From NCBI RefSeq assembly GCF_006345805.1, contig NC_043015.1, positions 18,228,001 through 18,292,000 of the forward strand: a stretch of 64,000 bases of DNA, written 5' to 3'. The DNA is from Octopus sinensis (lineage: Eukaryota). Below, piece by piece: positions 37,501 through 48,099 of the stretch (positions are counted from its first letter, which is position 1; every line of letters starts with the position of its first letter). The notes under the pieces were generated by a model. That model had not been told where the DNA came from. It saw only the letters and a program-made list of their open reading frames with translations, and did not search any database. Position numbers and translations under genes: made by a program.

Positions 37501-38608
37501 CTGTAACTGAGTACCATGTACCCATCTTGATCCATCAAAGACCTGATCATCATCTTCTCACCATGTTGCGTCCCCACCGTTCAGGCTCATTGGATGGCTT
37601 CTCTCATTTTTTAACAATTTTTTGGCAAGTTTTAAATCTTCTTTATTGATGGGGAAATCTTTAAGAGTTCATGTAGTGCTAACAAAAGAAATCCCCTTTC
37701 CAGGATCTCTTGTTGTGGCTGTAATGACTTTAGTGGAAGCAGTGGTGGTGGTAACAGAGGTGGTGATGGCAAAGTTGGCGTTTCTTTAAAAATTTTCTTT
37801 GTTTTTCTTTTCATCTTATAATTGTTGTTGTTTTTGTTGTTGATACTGGTATTGTTGAATGTGTTGTTGAACTGTTCATTTGCTTAACTGTCAAATATTT
37901 TGAAGCTGCTAGCAAAAATCTATTTCTTCTGTGTTTGTTTTCACTGGACTGGCAAGGTGGTGATATCATTTATTGTAGTCAATGCTGCATCTGTATTATC
38001 TTGCTTTTTGGGACAAGGAATGTATCCTGTCATCAAACATTATCGTTAGTTCTTTCTCTGCCACATTTGAAAATATTTGGAAAATAGCAAAATATTTGCT
38101 TTTCCCAGATAGTTCGAGAAAGTTTTAAAATATTTATGTGTACCTCCTGCAAAACATAGAGTGCCTCTAAACAGAAGTACTACCAGGGCAGTCCAAGCAA
38201 TGTTAGAAACAAAGCTGTACAAATTAAAACAAATAAATGGAACCTTAACAGGCCAAAAAGACTGAAAACACTTGTAGGACATACAGAACTCCAAGTTATC
38301 ATGTCTTTCCAGTATAGCAGCCATAATAATAATAATAATGATGATGATGATGATGATGATGATGATAACAATAATAATGATGATGATAAGAGAAGGAAGC
38401 TATCCAATTGCATAAACCCTAGTGCTTGACTGGTACTTATTTTATCAACCCTGAAAGGATGAAAGGCAAGGTCAACTGCAACGAAATTTGAACTCAATTG
38501 GTGCATATTTGTATATAAGTGTCCTGTGGATCTATATCTATTCACACGTTTCTGTGTAAGTATGTGTATGTCTATATATATATGTGTGTGTGTGTGTGTG
38601 CGTGTGCA

Positions 38609-38645
<37 letters not shown>

Positions 38646-38646
<1 letters not shown>

Positions 38647-39158
38647 TAGCAGTATCGCCCGGCATTGCTTGGGTTTGTAAGGGAAATAACAATATAAGCA
38701 TTTTTAGAGAGTTACTTCCCTTATAGATGCCAATTCGGGCTTTCTTAGCCATTTCTGTTTTGGTGTCTTCAAGCCATGAAGTCGTTGTTCTAAAAGAACG
38801 CTGGTCTCCTTAACAACGCTTTACGACGTTGATTTCCTTACACTCCCTTCCCCACAGCTTCACGAAGGAGGGAAGAAGGAGGAGAAGCAAACAGGTGCAG
38901 GTGTGACCATGGACGCCAACTCCGCCGCCATCGACACACGAAAAATTATGCATTAAAATGGAATAAAAAATGATGTTAAATTATTTTTTAAATCGTAGAC
39001 TCATCGTAGACGCGCGCTAATACTCAGACGGGCTCGATATGAATCACGACTATAAGATACCCAAATTTGGTTAAACTGCACCGCAAAATGTGGGAGTAGT
39101 TAGGAATCTAAATCGAAGGGGACAGACACTCACACAACTACAGTTTTATATATATAGA
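38646..39158 (-). mobile_element. Non-autonomous Helitron-like element
   Basis: Minus strand A|TCTATATATATAAAAC...CCCAAGCAATGCCGGG hairpin...CTAG|T; inserted between A and T without TSD. Confidence 0.8.
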
Positions 39159-40480
39159 TATACCCTGTCTGTGTGTGTAGTCCCCAATGCACACTCAAAC
39201 CTCTGGATCAATCTGTACCATACTTGGGGTACATGAATAATTTGACCTTGGAAAGAATAATATGGTCTTGATTTATTTTGTTTTTATTAAAAATAAATAA
39301 TTTTGCTCTATATATAAAGATTCACTTCTTCAAATCGTTTTCTCAACTTCCTGTCTTTGGCATCCTAACCAGCTATTTACACACACACATATGTGTACAT
39401 CATTACAGTTGTGACAATTTCTGATAAAAAAGAATTTCTAAAAGTACTTTCATGTCAGAAAAAAAATTTCATATTTTCTCAATTGATTAAATGAGGTACT
39501 GTATATTGTACGTTGATTCTCCAATACATATTTTGGACACTTTTGGAACAAGTTGCCTTATTAAGATTTGATATTTCACATTTAAATCCCATGTGATTAT
39601 TCTTGGCGCAAATCAACTTATTAACACTTTCATGTAACTGTTTTGTCAATGTCAACGTAGTAACTAAGTAACCAGCTATTTACACACACACACACACATA
39701 TGTACACATCATTACAGTTGTGATGATTTCGGATAAAAAAGAATTTCTAAAGTTACTTTAATTTTTTATATTCTTCTCCAGCTTTCTATGTGAGTGTGTG
39801 TATGTGGGTTTGTGAGAAAAAAAAATTTCAAATGGAGATTTCATTTAATTGATCATTTGTCAACAGAGCATAACTACAGATTTCTCCCACCCTGCCACCA
39901 ACTTTGGATGACCATAACTTTCAGAAAAATGGATTTTTTAAATGAAATTTTCTAAGAATATGTGTTATACCATGCAGGTTTTGAATACACCAAATTGTTG
40001 GGGGAAAATGTTTTAGGAGGGGTGAGGAAGGATTTTCAGAAAATTCACTGGAGTCCACTTCAATTCACTTAATTTTCAGGAAAATGGATATTTTTTTAAT
40101 GAAATTGTCTACAATATACATCGGACAATGTAGATTCCGAGCATATAGGAATTTTGGGGGAAAACAATTGGGGGTTATTTTTGAGAACTGTTCCCCCACT
40201 CGGGGGTGTTTCGGAACAAGTCATCCATATTTGTTACATTTTCTCTGTTTTGTGCGTTTGTGCATCCGTAGATTTCTATTGAAGCAACAGGCAATGAAGG
40301 CAAATGAAGCCCTCAACAGAAACGCTTGCTAAAAATAACAGCTAAATGTCTGGTACACAGATATATGTTATTAAGACAACTTATCTGTTGCATATGATAC
40401 GTTTTCACTTTAAGTAAATTCCCAGGTAAACAGTTCTAACAGAAAGGCAGAAGACACCAAAAGCAAAAATAAGGAATATA

Positions 40481-41761
40481 CGAGGGGCGTTCAATAAGTA
40501 ATGCCCCTGACTCACTTCCCATAGCAGTAGAGCAACGAAATTTAGCACAGTTATTAGTCTTTTTCTACATAGGAACCACCTAGAGTTACGCATTTCTCCC
40601 ATTGTTTGATGCGGCTCTGGAGACCGTTTTTGTAGAAGACCCCAGCTTGGTCCTCCAACCACGACATGACTTCAGAAATCAAGGCTGCATCATCCGGGAA
40701 ACGCTTTCCTTTCAAAAACAACTTCATGGCTGGGAAGAGGTGAAAATCAGAGGGTGCAAGGTCAGGAGAGTAGGGGGGATGGGGGAAGAGTTCATAGCCA
40801 CACGCCTGTGCTTCTGATCTGGCGACACGCGAGTTGTGGACCGGAGCGTTGTCCTGCAGGAGGAGGATGCCTTTTCTGATCTTGCCCCGCCTCTTGATTT
40901 TGATAGCTTCTCTTAATTTCCTCAAATAGGCTCCTGTAATTGTGGTACCCTTTGCCAGGAAATCTGTCATCACTACTCCGTCCTGGTCCTAGAAGACTGT
41001 GAGCATGACCTTGCCAGCGGAGAGCTACACCCTTGCCTTCTTTGGAGGAGGTGAGTCACGGTGCTTCCACTGCATTGACTGGGCTTTGGTCTCTGGATCA
41101 TAGTGATGGACCCAGGTTTCATCCTGTGTAATCAGTCTTTTGAAAAATTTTGACTCATCTTCTTGGCACATCTCCAAATTCACCCTCGAGCACTTGACGC
41201 GTTCTTGCTTCTGGAAAGGTGTGAGCAACCTGGGAATCCATCTGGCAGACACCTTTTGCATATGCAAATGGTCATGAATGATAGTTTCCACAGACCCGGT
41301 ACTAATCTTGACCTCATGGGCTATTTGGCGAATAATTATGCGTCGATCTTCCAAAATGGCAGCTTCAACTTGATGGACAGATGCCTCATCAATGGCAGAA
41401 GGGGGGTGACCAGATCTGGGAGCTGTTTCCACAGAGTTCCGACCATGTTTGAATTCACGATGCCAGCGTTTTACAAGGTCATATGATGGGGCATCATCAC
41501 CATAAGTTACTTTTATTTCATCAAAAGTCTCCCGTGGTTTGCGTCCTTTCAAATACAAAAACCGGATCACTGCTCGACACTCAACAGGCTCCATTTCACA
41601 CTTGACTCAGTTCAAACACCTGTAAATCAGAAACCACAATCAGCTCAGAGTTGTAATTTACCGCTTAATCGATGGAGATATAAATAATTGCATATGCAAA
41701 ATTTCAGCTAGATCAAACAACTGCAAGTGGGTCAGGGGGATTACTTATTGAACGACCCTCG
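40481..41761 (-). mobile_element. Full-length mariner (DD34D) transposon, two nonsense mutations
   Basis: 31-bp TIRs CGAGGGGCGTTCAATAAGTAATGCCCCTGAC (2 mismatches), TA TSDs; WIPRLL, TQDETW, QDNAPVH, YSPDLAPSD with 34 residues between 2nd and 3rd D; in-frame TAG at 41025-27 and 40989-91. Confidence 0.96.
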
Positions 41762-42044
41762 TACATGCACAGTTAAATATAGAAATGTAAAGTGTAATTT
41801 GTTGCATAAACTCTATAATAAACATAATATTGAATGGAATAATTCCCCGTTTGAACTTTTTTTTCATTATATATATATGTGTGTGTGTGAGGAAGATGAG
41901 AATAAGTGTGCCATGCTTTTGTGCTTTTTTTCTATGGATTCCAATCTTGTCTCCAACAGAGATTCTGAATACAAAAAAATCTGCTTTCAGACTTTTTAAT
42001 ACACCCATTCCTTAACTCATTAAAAGATACCTATTTTTCAGAGA

Positions 42045-43252
42045 ATTATCATCCAAAGTTGGGGAGGGAGCAGAAAGCCTGTGGTGAGATGGTACCAACT
42101 GTCAATGACCTCAAAATGCATGTGATCCCAAACACTGCACAAAACTTTAGTAACAGTCAATGGCTTTGTAAGTGAGCCATTTTAGCTCCACGTAATGATG
42201 CTGTCAACAAAATCAACTGGTATCTCTTGCAGCTGTTGCCCAGACAAGAACAGTCTTTCAAATCCCTCGACACTGTCACTGATCAGAACCAGGCTGTAGT
42301 TTTCCAGCTGAGTTCCTGAACTCTCTACAGCCATCTGGATGCTACCTCACCATTTTACACATAAAAAGGGGGTCCCAATCATGCTGCTCAGGAATCTGGA
42401 TCCATCTTGTCTGTGCAATGGCACCAGACTGGTGGTGAAAGTGATGTGACCCCCATGTCCTAGAGGCAATAATTATGACTGGGAACTATAAGGCTGAGGA
42501 TGTCTTCATTCCATGGATCCCGTTAGTCCCATATGTCTTCCCCTTTGAATTTAAACGATTCCAGTTCCCAGTGAAACTAAGTTTCGCTATGTCAATAAAC
42601 AAGTCTCAAGGAGAGTCTCTTCACCTTGCTTCTCTTTTGATGTAGGATGTTCGTGAGTTGGAAGTCCCTAAAATCTTTTCATTTATACACCAAGTGAAGG
42701 ACACACTCAAAACACCATATATTTAGAAGCTCTGGATAATTAAAATACGATTGATTTCCAGATTTGTTTCAATACATTTGTTTATAATCTCATCATTTAA
42801 TAGAATTTTTGTTAAATGTACTTATTAACAGGAGGGGAGTGCCCGCAGGCCAGTTCTTCTCAAATTTATGCATTTTCAGGTTCAACGTGTTTCAAATAAG
42901 TACTGAGAATTGAAGGTGATTGCAAAAACAAAGAACTACCTGTTTTTTTAACAATTTCAACAGTGAGAACATTGGATAAAACATGTTATTGACATTAATA
43001 GTTTGTATCTCTGCAAATTAATGTTGAGAACTGCATAATCCATGTTTCATTTTACTTAGAAATTTAAAAGGCATTCTTGAATTTCATTATTTTCAATAAC
43101 TTGGGAAATGTTGGGTTATTAACATATAAAGTTGGTATCTCAGCTACTAGGAGGTAAGACCTGCATAGTCTATGTTTCATGTTAGAGATCAAAATGGCAT
43201 TTTAAAATTTCATTATTTTCTTTAACCTGGGCAACGCCAGGTATTTCTGCTA

Positions 43253-43253
<1 letters not shown>
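42045..43253 (+). mobile_element. Helitron 3' portion with PIF1-like helicase remnant
   Basis: AILAPRNDAVNKIN, EFLNSLQPSG, PIMLLRNLDP..LCNGTRL, FPFEFKRFQFPVKLSFAMSINKSQG; 3' hairpin CCTGGGCAACGCCAGG plus CTAG|T at 43250-53. Confidence 0.9.
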
Positions 43254-43291
<38 letters not shown>

Positions 43292-43746
43292 CACACATCT
43301 ATATATATATATAAATATATATATAAAGTAAAGCAGCTAGTATTAAAATCTGTAAATGAGATCTAAGTAGTAACAATACTGTATAGTAAAGTTTATTTGC
43401 CTACATAAGGTGGCCATCCTATGTAGAACTGTTTCTACCTTTTAATGCCAGGAGGACATCTTTGCCAGCTGGTTACTGACACACGATCTGTGTCTGAAAT
43501 ATGCTGTGAGCAAGAGAGAATACAACTCTCCTCTAGCTATTAGCAATACCAGCAGGTTATATCCTGTCCTCGGTAGTGGATAACTGCCAGCTAGAGATGG
43601 CAGTCACTCAACCTTACACACAGTATATAAACAGAGAAACGACAGACAGTCGCTGGGGTTAACAGGTAGTAACATAGTTCTATGTAGGATGGGTACATTA
43701 TGTTGGCAAATAAACTTTTCTATACTGTATTGTTGCTACTTAGCTC

Positions 43747-44735
43747 TCATCATCATCATCATCATCATCATTTAGCGTCCGTTCTCCATGCTAGCATGGG
43801 TTGGACGGTTCAACTGGGGTCTGTGAAGCTGGAAGGCTTCATCAGGCCCAGTCAGATCTGGCAGTGTTTCTACGGCTGGATGCTCTTCCTAACGCCAACC
43901 ACTCCATGAGTGTAGTGGGTGCTTTTTACATGCCACCCGCACAGGTGCCAGACAGAGCTGGCAAACGGCCACGAACGGATGGTGCTTTTACGTGTCACCG
44001 GCACGGGGCCAGGCAAGGCTGGCAACGGACACGAACGGATGGTGCTTTTACATGCCACCAACACGGGGGCCAGACAGAGCTGGCAAATGGCCACGAAACA
44101 GATGGTGCTTTTACGTGTCACCGGCACGGGGCCAGGCAAGGCTGGCAACGGACACGAACGGATGGTGCTTTTACGTGCCACCAACACGGGGGCCAGACAG
44201 AGCTGGCAAACGGCCACGAAACGGATGGTGCTTTTACGTGTCACCGGCACGGGGGCCAGGCGAGGCTGGCAACGGACACGAACGGATGGTGCTTTTACAT
44301 GCCACCGACACGGGGGCCAGACAGGGCTGGCAAACGGCCACGAACGGATGGTGCTTTTATGTGTCACCGGCACGGGGGCCAGGCGAGGCTGGCAAACGGC
44401 CACATAAACGGATGGTGCTTTTACGTGTCACCGGCACGGGGGCCAGGCCAGGCTGGCAATGAACACAAACGGATGGTGCTTTTACATGTCACCGACATGG
44501 CGGCCAGACAGGGCTGGCAAATGGCCACGAACGGATGGTGCTTTTACGTGTCACCGGCACGGGGGCCAGACAGAGCTGGCAAACGGCCACATAAATGGAT
44601 GGTGCTTTTACGTGTCACCGGCATGGGGGCCAGGCCAGGCTGGCAACAAACACAAATGGCTGGTGCTTTTACGTGCCACCGACACGGGGGCCAGACAGGG
44701 CTGGCAAACGGCTACAAACGGATGGTGCTTCACTT
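43747..44735 (-). mobile_element. RTE-X-type LINE 3' UTR/tail with expanded tandem array
   Basis: (CAT)n catttagcgtccgttctccatgctagcatggg; same tail as 27668-27813. Confidence 0.85.
43915..44730. repeat. ~61-bp minisatellite, ~13 units with A/B alternation
   Basis: Anchor ggatggtgcttttac recurs every ~60-63 bp; units alternate ccagacagagctggcaaacggcc and ccaggcaaggctggcaacggac types. Confidence 0.92.
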
Positions 44736-44831
44736 AGGGAATTTAAAACTAGCTGTTTTGCTCCTTACAAGATCAGTGACTGTCTGCTGCTTCTCTGTTT
44801 AAATACTGTGCCATCTCTAGACACCAGTTAT

Positions 44832-44877
44832 CCAGTCCTGAGGACAGGAAATAACCCAGAAACCATTGGTCTGCTGG
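44832..44877 (+). ncRNA. Minimal type-I hammerhead motif (partly decayed)
   Basis: CCAGTC-CTGAGGA(44838-44)-CAGG(AAATAA)CCCA-GAAAC(44859-63)-CATTG-GTC(44869-71)-TGCTGG. Confidence 0.6.
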
Positions 44878-45039
44878 TACTGCTAATAGCTAGAGGGGAG
44901 TAGTATGCTCCCTTGCTCACAGTATACTTCAGGCACAGATTGTGTGTTAATAACCAGCTGGAAAAGATGTTTTCCTTGGGTTAAAAAGTAGAAACATAGT
45001 TCTCCATAAGACAGCCACCTTATATTGACAAATAAAATT

Positions 45040-45074
<35 letters not shown>

Positions 45075-45078
<4 letters not shown>

Positions 45079-45378
45079 CGTGATCACCGTGACCGACCAG
45101 TCTATCAGATGTTACTACACATCGCTGGTCACAATGCACTTCGCATTGTTTTAGCCTTCAAATGACGCCACCCCGCTGGCTAAGCGAGCAGGCCAACAGA
45201 AGAAAGAGTGAGAGAAAGGTGTGGCAAAAGAGTACAGCAGGGATCACCACCCCTCCCTGCCGGAGCCGCGTGGAGCTTGAGGTATTTTCGCTCAATAAAC
45301 ACTCACAATGCCCGGTCTGGGGAATCGAAACCGCGATCCTACAACCGCGAGTCCGCTGCCCTAACCACTGGGCCATTA
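45075..45378 (-). mobile_element. tRNA-derived SINE
   Basis: Minus head aatggcccagtggttagggcagcggactcgcgg...ggtttcgattccccagacc (A/B boxes). Confidence 0.85.
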
Positions 45379-45556
45379 TACACACACACATGGCCCATGC
45401 AAGCATGGAAAATAGATGTTGTTGATAATGATGAGGGTGATGTGTATGTATAGTGGTTTCAAATTTTGTCAGAAGGCAGGCTAGCAATTTTGGAAAGGGG
45501 TGGGCTAAGTTGATTAAATCAATCCCAGTATTCAACTAGTACTTATTTTATTGACT

Positions 45557-45949
45557 GTGGAGGCGCAATGGCCCAGTGGTTAGGGCAGCGGACTCGCGGT
45601 CATAGGATCGCGGTTTCGATTCCCAGACCAGGCGTTGTGAGTGTTTATTGAGCGAAAACACTTAAAGCTCCACGAGGCTCCGGCAGGGGATGGTGGTGAT
45701 CCCTGCTGTACTCTTTCACCACAACTTTCTCTCACTCTTACTTCCTGTTTCTGTTGTACCTGTATTTCAAAGGGCCGGTCTTGTCACTCTCTGTGTCACG
45801 CTGAATATCCCCGAGAACTACGTTAAGGGTACACGTGTCTGTGGAGTGCTCAGCCACATACACGTTAATTTCACGAGCAGGCTGTTCCGTTGATTCGGAT
45901 CAACCGGAACCCTCGTCGTCGTAACCAACGGAGTGCTTCCATTCCATCC
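45557..45949 (+). mobile_element. tRNA-derived SINE with 12-bp TSD, inserted in a Nin-like SINE
   Basis: Head gtggaggcgcaatggcccagtggttagggcagcgg; TSD ATTTTATTGACT at 45545-56 and 45950-61. Confidence 0.9.
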
Positions 45950-46432
45950 ATTTTATTGACTTCAAAAGGATGAAAGGCAAAGCTGACCTCAGTAGAATTT
46001 GAACTCAGAACTTGAAGACAGACAAAACACTGTTAAGCATTTTGCCCTGAACCCTCATCACTGCATATGGCAACCTGTTGGCTAAAGAGAACCCCCACTC
46101 TTCTTCTTCAATCCCATCTACTTACCCCTTCTGCTAGAGCAGTTGCTTACCTACAGAGGATTCTCTGTGGGACTGAAGGAAATTATAATTCATGCTGTGA
46201 CCAATACCTATTTCTGTTAATATGCAGAAGAACCTGCTAGCATCAGATAAACGCCCCAAAAAATATTTTTTCCAGATGGTGAAAATAGTCCCCATACTTT
46301 CCAGATCAACAAGCTTAGAGCCACCACAATCAATGTTGGTACTATGAAAGGTAGGTTTGATGAGATTATTGAAATGCATGAGCAGAGGTATGTAGATGTG
46401 AGCTTCTGCTAGGTTTACTGTGGAGAAAGAAC

Positions 46433-47990
46433 ATCATCATTTAATGTCCATCTTCCATTCTGGCATCAGTTGGACAGTTTGATAGGAGTTGGCAAGTGAA
46501 AGGACTGCACCAAGCTCCACTGGTTGTTTTGTCATGGGTTCATGGTTTTTACAGCTGGATGCCTTCCTTATGCTAACCATATTACAGAGTGGACTGCATG
46601 AATTTTACATGGCACTAGTACTAGCGAGGTCTGTTTTGGCATGGTTTTTATGGCTGAATGCCCTTTCTAATGCCACCCGCTTTACAGAGTGGGCAAGGCG
46701 GTTTTTACATGGCACCAACACAGCCATGGTCTGTTTTGTCATGATTTTTTATGGCTGGATGCCCTTCCTAATGTCAACCAATTTAAAGAGTAAGCTGGGT
46801 GCTTTTAATGTGGCACCAACACTAGCAAGGTCTGCTTTGACATGGTTTTTACATCTAGAAGCCCTTCAAACACAAACCACCTTACAAAATGGACTGATTT
46901 TGTTTTGTGACACCAGCACCAGTAAGTTCACCAAATAATTTGCAAGACGAAAATCCTTTGAGAGGGGGATGGTATTGGAGGAGGTAACTTTGTGTCAGGT
47001 GATAAGTTAGAGTATGACAGATGAACAGAAATAGGTGTCTTGCTGTTGAGGAAATATGTGGTTACCTTAGTCAAAGGGACAAAGTATGACAGATGAACAG
47101 AAATAGGTGTCTTGCTGTTGAGGAAATATGTGGTTACCTTAGTCAAAGGGACAAAGTATGTAAATGCAAAAAGGTGGGCAATAGGGGGATGCAATGACTG
47201 GTGAAACCTGGGTATATAAAGTGGGGGACAACAGGATATCAATGATACAATTGGTAGCACAGGAAGGACTAGATTGGGCTGCAGGAATGGGGAGGGAGAG
47301 ATAAGCATAGTGCATGAAAAAGAGGAAATGTGAGAAAGAGAAGAAGAGAGGAAGAGAAGAGGGAAGGGTGTGTAAAAACTTAATGTTACATGTGGGTGGG
47401 ACACAGTGCTCCCAGAACTCAGTTCCATCTCATATCGCCAAATATTTCAGTCCATTATCATCTCCTCTGTGAGCCCCATCATCTTGAGATTGGTCCTCAC
47501 TACTTTATCCCTCATCTTCCTGGCTCTCCCTTTTCCAAAAGTACCAGCTACTGTAAATGATTTACCTGTTTTCATACAGTTGCCTTCATTCATATGCATT
47601 ACATGTTCAAACCAACATAGTCTTCACTCTTGTATGCTGCATTTGATTACTCTTATACCCAACTTTTCTCTTAGCGTATTTGCACTTTATTATACATGCA
47701 CCCTAATTCTGCATATCCATTGGCGGTTATTAGCTTCATTCCTATCGAGTCTATGTATGTCTGCTGCATTCAGAGCCCATGTCTCACTACCATGGAGTAT
47801 AGCTGTTCATACACAAGCATCATACAGTCTGCCTTTCACAGGGAGAGTCCTTTTGTTAACAACATAAGTTATAAGCTCTCTGAACATCCTCCATTCTATT
47901 CTAATTCTAGCCACAATACTTTCAGAACATCCTCCACCATTGCTAATTTGGTCACCTAGGTAACAGAAACTATCTACAAACTCAAGAAAG
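46433..47990 (-). mobile_element. Degraded RTE-X-type LINE pieces (3' tail ~46433-46925, RT C-terminal remnant ~47560-47990)
   Basis: (CAT)n ttaatgtccatcttccattctggcat tail; reverse of LYDACV*TAILHGSETWAL-like motif near 47780-47830. Confidence 0.65.
47011..47160. repeat. Perfect 72-bp tandem duplication
   Basis: agtatgacagatgaacagaaataggtgtc...gtcaaagggacaa repeated at 47011 and 47083. Confidence 0.92.
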
Positions 47991-48099
47991 CCTCCTGGGT
48001 ATTACAAAGAGTTTAATTTCTTTGTTTTCTAAGCATTTACTGACCCTGTGCAGGGAGGGGGATAGTCAATTACATCAACCCCAGTGTTTAACTGGTACA

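Larger units (their letters stand above)
43382..45046. mobile_element. Older palindromic HHR element (arms 43382-43655 / 44774-45046) with RTE tail in its spacer
   Basis: Arms are diverged reverse complements; right arm has an HHR motif and downstream sequence resembling the 15183-15621 element. Confidence 0.75.

Noticed and set aside
43915-44730. CRISPR-like regularly spaced repeats and a 333-aa ORF (43801-44802)
   Set aside because: The spacers are themselves repeats, there are no cas genes and the context is eukaryotic; the ORFs come from a stop-poor tandem unit.
45557-45640. tRNA genes (also 14860-14935 and other A/B-box heads)
   Set aside because: They are SINE heads continuing into SINE bodies and tails; no complete cloverleaf.
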